From Bdellovibrionota bacterium (GTDB lineage Bacteria > Bdellovibrionota_C > UBA2361 > JBGSMV01), in assembly GCA_044356455.1 (NCBI GenBank), contig JBIKWF010000123.1, positions 1-12,278 of the forward strand: 12,278 bases of DNA. The letters are read 5' to 3'. The notes under the pieces were generated by a model. That model searched no databases. It was not told the DNA's origin and saw nothing but the letters and a program-made list of their open reading frames with translations. A program made the translations under genes and the position numbers. Of the stretch, positions 7,043-12,278 are shown one piece after another (position 1 is the first letter of the stretch; every line of letters starts with the position of its first letter).

Positions 7043-7522
7043 GTGATTTCTTCATCTATTCTTATCCGATTCGCCTGGACGGCTACTGCTTCTTTGCTCG
7101 TCAATTTCTCTTCACCATCCCTTTCGACGTTACGGTCCGAAGGTGGGTTGCCTCTAGAGCAAGATAGTATGACGCCGCAAGCTGCAAAGCTCGTATGTAA
7201 GGTCGGGTTTAAGCCAGGAAAGACGCCGGTATCGCTAACAACCGGCGCGAAGGTGAGCTGCGTGAGCACTAAATCTGCAGCTGCGGGTAAGAAGCTTCTC
7301 ACAGGAATGGCGAAAACATGTTTCGCCTGTCACGGACCTATGGGGATTGCTCCTGCCTCGCTGATGTCGTCGAATCTACGTGCGCAGGGATACACTCTTA
7401 AGCCAGCGGATATTACAGCCGCCTTTGCCGCTCATCTGCCTGAAATGGGGGCCGTCACGATGTCGAGCAAGGATGCTAAGGATATCAGTGCGTATCTTCA
7501 GTCGATAAAGATAGCCTCCTAG
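7043..7522 (+). CDS. Monoheme class I-like cytochrome c, probably exported
   Basis: 159 aa, strong RBS (GGAGGGAGG) before GTG. Signal-like N-terminus, AAAGKKL..CFACHG heme-binding motif (7319-7333), distal candidate ligand HLPEM, and C-terminal helix S.KDAKDISAYL typical of class I cytochromes c. Confidence 0.85.
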   Translation: MISSSILIRFAWTATASLLVNFSSPSLSTLRSEGGLPLEQDSMTPQAAKLVCKVGFKPGKTPVSLTTGAKVSCVSTKSAAAGKKLLTGMAKTCFACHGPMGIAPASLMSSNLRAQGYTLKPADITAAFAAHLPEMGAVTMSSKDAKDISAYLQSIKIAS

Positions 7523-8118
7523 AGGTGTGTCCCCGTGTTACGACTGGCCTCGAACTCCGATCTGATTCGAGCGTAGACTCTTGTGTTCCGCAGAGCCCCG
7601 GAGGTGTCGCGTGCATCGGCACGAAAGGTTCCTTCAAGCTGTAACCCTAACCGCTCTGCTACTTTGCAGCTCCGCTCATTAACTTCGTCAACTCGGACTT
7701 CGATGCGCTGGGCTCCCAGAACAGAAAAAGCAAAATTCATAATAGCTCCTGTGGCTTCGGTCACCAAACCCTTGCCGGTTTCGGATGTGCGGCACCAGTA
7801 ACCAATCTCAAAGGAGGGGATCTCCCAGTTGATGCGGTGCAGCCCGCTTGAGAGAACAAAGCGATGGGAGTCCTTTAAAAAGCAAAGAAGTCGCAGGTCC
7901 TTTCGAGCAAGAAAATCGAGAGTGGCCTGACGATTGTTTTCCTCAGTTTCTTCCACTGTTGGACGCGTGGTTGCCCATGGCATCCAGCGATTAAGTTCGG
8001 TGAAAGACTCAAGGATCGCTTGGTTAACTTGGGCCCCGTCGCCAAAGCGCGGGGCGCGGATGAGAAGTCGCTCAGATTCAAAATGGTCAGGAAAGTCTTT
8101 GAGAATTAGAGAAGACAT
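7519..8118 (-). CDS. RimJ/RimL-family GNAT N-acetyltransferase (Acetyltransf_3)
   Basis: 199 aa. Motifs ESERLLIR, L.RWMPWA, EIGYW....TGKGLVTEA, RIEVR....NERSCKVAERLG..LEG. AGGA upstream. Confidence 0.93.
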   Translation of the reverse strand: MSSLILKDFPDHFESERLLIRAPRFGDGAQVNQAILESFTELNRWMPWATTRPTVEETEENNRQATLDFLARKDLRLLCFLKDSHRFVLSSGLHRINWEIPSFEIGYWCRTSETGKGLVTEATGAIMNFAFSVLGAQRIEVRVDEVNERSCKVAERLGLQLEGTFRADARDTSGALRNTRVYARIRSEFEASRNTGTHL

Positions 8119-8185
8119 TTTCCTTTTCTAGCACAGCTCAATTGCTATTTTTATAGCGACTTAGAGGAAAATCAATTTCTAGGCC

Positions 8186-8202
8186 TTTTCAGAGGTACTC
8201 TA
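8186..8202 (-). repeat. Isolated terminus of the same MITE-like family
   Basis: The minus strand reads TAGAGTACCTCTGAAAA, similar to TAGGGAACCTTTGAAAA (3204) and TAGGGAACCCCTGAAAA (reverse complement of 2084-2100). Its TAG is the brxA stop codon. Confidence 0.4.
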
Positions 8203-8616
8203 AAGCACCGTATCGAACGCATGGGTTAGCTGCGCCGCAATCTCCTGAGGCCTTTTTCCTTCAATTTGGTTGCGATGAAGCATGTGAACCAGCTTGCCGT
8301 CCTTAAAAATTGCCACCGCAGGAGAGGATGGAGGTTGTCCAGTAAAGTAAGAGCGCGCACGCTCAGTTGCAGCTTTGTCCTGCCCTGCGAATACGGTAGC
8401 AAGCGTGCTCGGACGCTTCGCATGTTTAAGCGCAAGAGCGACGCCTGGTCTCGCTCCGCCCGCGGCGCAGCCGCAGACGGAATTGACAACCACCATAGCG
8501 GTTCCCGTTGAGATTCTCCCCATGAAAGTATCCACGTGTTCTGGAGTGAGAAGCTCTTCGATTCCAAGTGCGGTGAGTTCTTCGCGCATAGGTTGAACCA
8601 TGTTGGGATTATACAT
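8200..8616 (-). CDS. brxA: BrxA/BrxB family bacilliredoxin (YphP/YqiW, DUF1094)
   Basis: 138 aa. MY...V.PMREELT..G.EEL.T, VVNSVCGCAAG.ARP (CGC active site), TVFAGQDK.AT..AR.YF...PPSSP..A.FKDG, R..IEG. The CGCAAG context is closer to YphP/BrxA. Confidence 0.95.
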   Translation of the reverse strand: MYNPNMVQPMREELTALGIEELLTPEHVDTFMGRISTGTAMVVVNSVCGCAAGGARPGVALALKHAKRPSTLATVFAGQDKAATERARSYFTGQPPSSPAVAIFKDGKLVHMLHRNQIEGKRPQEIAAQLTHAFDTVL

Positions 8617-8662
8617 ACTTGTAATCTCCGAAAGTTGAACGATGAAAAATTATTCGTGCCCG

Positions 8663-9259
8663 TCAATCCTGGTATCTTTTTCTTAACATGGGGGCGAGAC
8701 GAAGCAAGTAATAGGCCCGCTCAAAATAGTTGACCCACTCCTCAACTTCGGTTTGAAGCTCATCTGAAGTGGGTGGAAGCAGCCCCGGGTCACAAGCAGC
8801 TCCTAGCTCCTGCTTAGCCTTGCGTCGGTACACGCTTAGGTGGCGGTCTCCAAAGCGTGCGATCTCGAAAAAATCCTCGGAGAGTACAACCACTACGGGC
8901 ACCTTTTCCGCGCCATTGATGCGAAGCTCGTTTTGTAGCTCTGAGTTAGACTTGTTATCTGAAAACCGTAAATCAATGTCCGGGGCGAGCTCTGAGATAG
9001 CTTTGAGCATCGGGCCTTGCCGCGCACAGTCCCCGCACCAAGCTCCGGCTAGCACGAGCACATTTATTTTGCGCTTCATGGAGCGAAGGAGAGCGGCGCA
9101 GTTCTCAGGAACTTTCACTAAGTTCTCGAAATTATTCCAACGCTCACGGTGATTGCTCGATGCGTTGCCAATAAAATCTTTGTAGGAAGACGCCTTTTCA
9201 AACTGCGAGCGAAAAAAATCTTGGCGGGTATCGTAGTAGGGGGCAAGAGTTGTCGTCAT
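8663..9259 (-). CDS. Thioredoxin-fold protein (Thioredoxin_9-like, WCGDC active site)
   Basis: 198 aa. INVLVLAGAWCGDC...P, RINGAEKVPVVVVLSEDF (cis-Pro loop), a helical N-terminal extension, and a C-terminal extension with an extra Cys (LGAACDPG). Confidence 0.9.
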   Translation of the reverse strand: MTTTLAPYYDTRQDFFRSQFEKASSYKDFIGNASSNHRERWNNFENLVKVPENCAALLRSMKRKINVLVLAGAWCGDCARQGPMLKAISELAPDIDLRFSDNKSNSELQNELRINGAEKVPVVVVLSEDFFEIARFGDRHLSVYRRKAKQELGAACDPGLLPPTSDELQTEVEEWVNYFERAYYLLRLAPMLRKRYQD

Positions 9260-9309
9260 ATGACTTAATAAAAGACTGGTCTGTAAAAGCTTCTAAAGCC
9301 TCCGTGCAC

Positions 9310-10362
9310 TCAGCAACGCCGGCGCGTAGAGAGAACATACGGAAAATAGTACTTTTCCGCCACTTCCAGCACCCAGGCAAGTAGCTCTGGGACCACGGTG
9401 CCCTCTCCTGCGGCAGCAAAGAGCGCCGGGCAGCCGGTGGTGGGAAGCTGGCCATCCTTGTGTGATGCCCGCTGCTCTACATGTTCAATTACTCGCCTGG
9501 CCAACTTGGTAGAGGGGCATAATGCATAGTCCCCCTGGTTATTCACGGCAAGAAGGACGTGCGAAGAGTCGATGCCGCCCTTCATTAGTGAGGTTCCAGA
9601 TTGGCAATCGGTGCGGCAGATTTGAAATAGCCCCACGAAGGCATGAAAATGGTGCGCGGCGAGTGAGGTCATAAAGCGAAAGACCGCGTGGGTCGCTTTC
9701 CTTAGTTGTTCTTCACTCGGGGCATCTTCGCCTAACCTCTCGAACAGGTGGGGCAGCGCCCCTAAAAAACTCCAGGTTGCCGTGATTGAAGTAGCCTGGC
9801 CTCCGCGAATAATCTCTTTAAGGGTCCTTCCCTGACTCATCTGCTCCCCCGCGGCAAGAAGTTTAGAAAGTCGAGATTCCATCCGCGGTGTAAGGTCGGG
9901 TAGATCCAAAGAGCAAAGGGAGCGCTCGTACGCTTCGGACATTGCGTTGTCCATAAAGCTTGAGAGTTGTAGCGCGTAGCTCATGGCACTCTGATTCCGC
10001 CCAGGTTTAAGATTCTGCTTAATCGAGGATTGATTGAGAGGAGCATATCCGCCAGCACCGAAAAAGTCTCGCAGCATGAGACCAAGGCACTCTGGATTTT
10101 CGCGGCGTATGCGAGAAGCCTCCTCCCACTGCCGTGAGATGACTCTCGAAAGGATGCCCATTAATTCTTGTTTGGGCTCGAGCTTATAGGGGAGCCGGTC
10201 CTTGGCAACGGCAGCCACTACTGGAGGCAAAACAAGGCGCTCTTCAGACTCGGCTATTGTCTGAAAAAATGCAGAATTTCCAAAAGGGCACTCTTTCTTA
10301 GCGCGCGACTGCGGAGAGGGTGAAGCCTGAGAGTGCGAATCTGCGGGCTGATTTGTGTCCAT
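9310..10362 (-). CDS. Hypothetical protein with three Cys-Pro motifs and a His cluster
   Basis: 350 aa, with GGTGGAG upstream of the ATG. Helical-looking. Motifs KECPF, ALCPS, TGCPAL, AAHHFH, ICRTDC; 8 Cys in total. No family recognised. Confidence 0.78.
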   Translation of the reverse strand: MDTNQPADSHSQASPSPQSRAKKECPFGNSAFFQTIAESEERLVLPPVVAAVAKDRLPYKLEPKQELMGILSRVISRQWEEASRIRRENPECLGLMLRDFFGAGGYAPLNQSSIKQNLKPGRNQSAMSYALQLSSFMDNAMSEAYERSLCSLDLPDLTPRMESRLSKLLAAGEQMSQGRTLKEIIRGGQATSITATWSFLGALPHLFERLGEDAPSEEQLRKATHAVFRFMTSLAAHHFHAFVGLFQICRTDCQSGTSLMKGGIDSSHVLLAVNNQGDYALCPSTKLARRVIEHVEQRASHKDGQLPTTGCPALFAAAGEGTVVPELLAWVLEVAEKYYFPYVLSTRRRC

Positions 10363-10601
10363 TCTGATTTCTCCACCAAAGGGCAGTTCGCCCCCACCGA
10401 GCCCTTTAAGAACAGACCAGAAATAGAGGCGCTATTCAAATAAAAGGCAGGGCTCCGGAGTGAGGGGCTTTTCGACCAAACCGCCTGCAATTTTAAGACT
10501 TCGCTTGGCGGCGCAACTGCCTGAAATGACTGTGGAATTATCGATGATCCTGCGCTCGCAGTTCGACGCATCTCGCTTGTTTCTTGCGCATCTACAACTA
10601 C

Positions 10602-11153
10602 ATGCTGAGATTCATTCGTCATTTCGCTCTGCTTGGCGCTGCTGCCTTGTGCCTCTTGTCCTGCGCACCTCCGGGAGGTGGCGGTGGAGGAGGGGAGGAC
10701 TACGATCCGCTGCGCGGTGCAGAGGTGTTCCTTTCTGTTGATCCCGATTCGATTGGGGTCGGTGAACGAACTCGCATCAGGGTTGATGTCCAAAGAATTC
10801 ATCCAGATGGTGTACTTGTCGTTCTGCGTTTTCCGAGCAAGAGCTTGGCATATGTTCCAGAGTCAACGCGCTTCACCGTCGGTCCTAATACAGTAAGTAT
10901 CAATCCAACCGTCGGCCCTCTTGTCCGAACCCGCAGGACGTATCTTATCTACTTCCTTCCTTATGCTCCGTTTAATGGAGAGAATGCCGGGTATATTGAG
11001 TTTCAGCTTAGAGGAGAGCGCCGAGAAGCAGGCGCCTTAATTGAGCTTGATCAGTTTCTGCACAACCCACTTGTGGCGCCAGAGGAGGAATTCTCTGTTG
11101 ATGACCCCGACTTCAGCGCAGATGATGCGGAGGTTATCGACATCGTGAATTGA
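10602..11153 (+). CDS. Putative lipoprotein with cohesin/Ig-like beta-sandwich domain (start ATG 10602; TTG 10584 also possible)
   Basis: MLRFIRHFALLGAAALCLLSC gives a basic N-region, a hydrophobic core and an LLSC lipobox. A poly-Gly tether follows, then V.LSVDP..I.VGERT.I.V.V and L.F....LAYVPES, reminiscent of cohesin/DUF11-like domains, and an acidic tail. Confidence 0.75.
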   Translation: MLRFIRHFALLGAAALCLLSCAPPGGGGGGGEDYDPLRGAEVFLSVDPDSIGVGERTRIRVDVQRIHPDGVLVVLRFPSKSLAYVPESTRFTVGPNTVSINPTVGPLVRTRRTYLIYFLPYAPFNGENAGYIEFQLRGERREAGALIELDQFLHNPLVAPEEEFSVDDPDFSADDAEVIDIVN

Positions 11154-11303
11154 GGTGGCGTGGTTGGTTATGCTTTATGCTTGGCGGTCTTCATGGTGAC
11201 TTCGCCGGATGGCGTAGCATTTAGCGAACGACTCTTGGGGGGACGTACTTGCGGCTAAAGAGAGGTCGGGTCACGCGAAAGCCGCTGTCGTTTCGCTGAG
11301 CTG

Positions 11304-12062
11304 TTATTCTCTCATTCTCTCGATCGCGTGAATGCGATCTAGTTGCCATACAAGAATACTAGTAAATTGATGTAAAACATTGCAGGGGGGGCCTCCCACT
11401 TGGTTTTCGTCGGTGGTAAGCACCACAACGCTTGCGCGCAGATAGGGGATATGGCGCGCATCCCTCCGCACGGCTGACGTTGGAACTATAAACATCAGTA
11501 CATCTTCAGGTAGTAAACCGTCCTCACCTATTTCAGAAAGATACTCAGTGGTATCCAGAATGCGGGTGGGCGTTTCTCTCCTTTGAATACTGTCGAGAAT
11601 GAAGTCCCCAAGGTCCTCGATGAGGGGGGAAAGGAGCTCTGCATCTAATCCAACTCGCGAGCTCATCCCTGAGAGTTGAAACCCTCTTCCGTGAGGCGTG
11701 TTCGTAAACACAAGGCAGGTTGCATCCGGGTAGAGGTCGACAATTGCGCCCGCCAGTAAACTACTAAGCTCACCGCGATCCCATGTTTCTGCGACTGCGG
11801 CTTGAAGCTCTACAAGGGAGTGCTCCGCTACTCCTCGACGTCGCGCCGAGGCTCGTACGAGAACGTTGCTGTTAAAGTTGAATAAGTCACTCAGCACGGC
11901 GTGCCCCGAGGGAGAGTTGCTCAAAAGTCCCTCGTACGTGATCGCTCGCAAATTCGATACCGGCTGACCCAGAGAGGAAAAGACTGAGTTTGGAGGGACT
12001 GAGAGGAGATCGGCCCAGCTCTTGGGCTCGCGTCTCACGGAGAATGTGGATGATGGGTGCAC
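11304..12062 (-). CDS. Hypothetical protein with C-terminal GAF-like domain
   Basis: 252 aa, with AAGGA upstream of GTG. The pattern helix - ATCLVF - FQL - DSIQRRETP..ILD - MFIVP - VVVL - final helix (VLHQFTSILVWQLDRI) fits GAF topology. No output domain is present. Confidence 0.65.
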   Translation of the reverse strand: MHPSSTFSVRREPKSWADLLSVPPNSVFSSLGQPVSNLRAITYEGLLSNSPSGHAVLSDLFNFNSNVLVRASARRRGVAEHSLVELQAAVAETWDRGELSSLLAGAIVDLYPDATCLVFTNTPHGRGFQLSGMSSRVGLDAELLSPLIEDLGDFILDSIQRRETPTRILDTTEYLSEIGEDGLLPEDVLMFIVPTSAVRRDARHIPYLRASVVVLTTDENQVGGPPCNVLHQFTSILVWQLDRIHAIERMRE

Positions 12063-12077
12063 AGCCTATCCTTCAGC

Positions 12078-12109
12078 AAAAAAAGCAGTTTAGGATGAGT
12101 CAAACTGCT
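12078..12109 (-). terminator. Putative intrinsic terminator on the minus strand
   Basis: The minus strand reads AGCAGTTT-GACTCATCCT-AAACTGCT-TTTTTT: an 8-bp stem, 10-nt loop and T tract, ending about 15 nt before the GTG start at 12062. Confidence 0.4.
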
Positions 12110-12139
12110 ACTCAAGTACTGTCCCTCTCTAGCCGTGAT

Positions 12140-12278
12140 GTCTCACGGGATCCCTTCGGGTCCGTGAGACTTCCGTTAAAAATCGGCCATCCGGGCCGAT
12201 TTTCAACCTCGCCCCCTCTCCGTTCGCCACGACGGAGTGTCGAACTCCGAGGGGGCTCCAAATCGCTCCCTTCGGTCG
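12140..12278. repeat. Multi-hairpin REP-like / structured element, truncated by the window end
   Basis: Consecutive stems: GTCTCACGG/CCGTGAGAC (12140-12170, inner cTTCGg loop), AAAATCGGCC/GGCCGATTTT (12179-12203), GCCCCCTC/GAGGGGGC (12211-12256) with internal stems, then CGCTCCC-TTC-GGTCG. Confidence 0.6.

Noticed and set aside
7519..8118. GNAT as a toxin of a toxin-antitoxin pair
   Set aside because: The sequence is RimJ/RimL type rather than AtaT/TacT type, and there is no adjacent RHH/DUF1778 antitoxin gene.
8226..9152. ORFs 8226..8666 (-), 8266..8511 (+) and 8769..9152 (+)
   Set aside because: They overlap the confidently identified brxA and thioredoxin genes in other frames and have no recognisable features.
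10254..10802. 182-aa minus-strand ORF
   Set aside because: It overlaps both the lipoprotein gene (antisense) and the start of the 350-aa gene, spans the divergent promoter region, and has low-information Ser-rich composition.
11160..11258. 32-codon GTG ORF after the lipoprotein gene
   Set aside because: Very short, the RBS spacing is too tight, and there is no supporting motif.
12140..12278. tRNA or known riboswitch
   Set aside because: No cloverleaf with proper D and T arm spacing (GTCGAA is only T-loop-like), and no aptamer consensus that I recognise.

Overview
Bacterial chromosomal window with 13 well-supported CDSs. No rRNA, tRNA, CRISPR array or transposase was recognised. Left to right: a DUF533/TerB-like gene and a GYF_2-AIM24 (TIGR00266) fusion gene; an unknown membrane protein with an internal repeat, bracketed by two inverted copies of a non-autonomous palindromic element (CTCTGTG 9-bp-period hairpins plus TAGGGAACC..TGAAAAA termini); a hypothetical protein; an orphan GT-C (PMT/GT39-like) glycosyltransferase; another hypothetical; a probably exported monoheme cytochrome c behind a candidate sigma54 promoter with an IHF site and palindromic upstream site; a minus-strand run of four genes (unknown Cys-Pro/His-rich protein, WCGDC thioredoxin, BrxA-type bacilliredoxin, RimJ/RimL GNAT); an Ig/cohesin-like lipoprotein; and a stand-alone GAF-like protein. 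Both window ends fall in multi-hairpin repeat-like DNA. The best leads are the thiol/heme-redox cluster with its uncharacterised 350-aa protein, the MITE-like family whose terminal TAG is the stop codon of two genes, the sigma54/IHF-controlled cytochrome, and a possible GYF_2-polyproline partnership. All family calls come from motif recognition by eye; no database searches were run.
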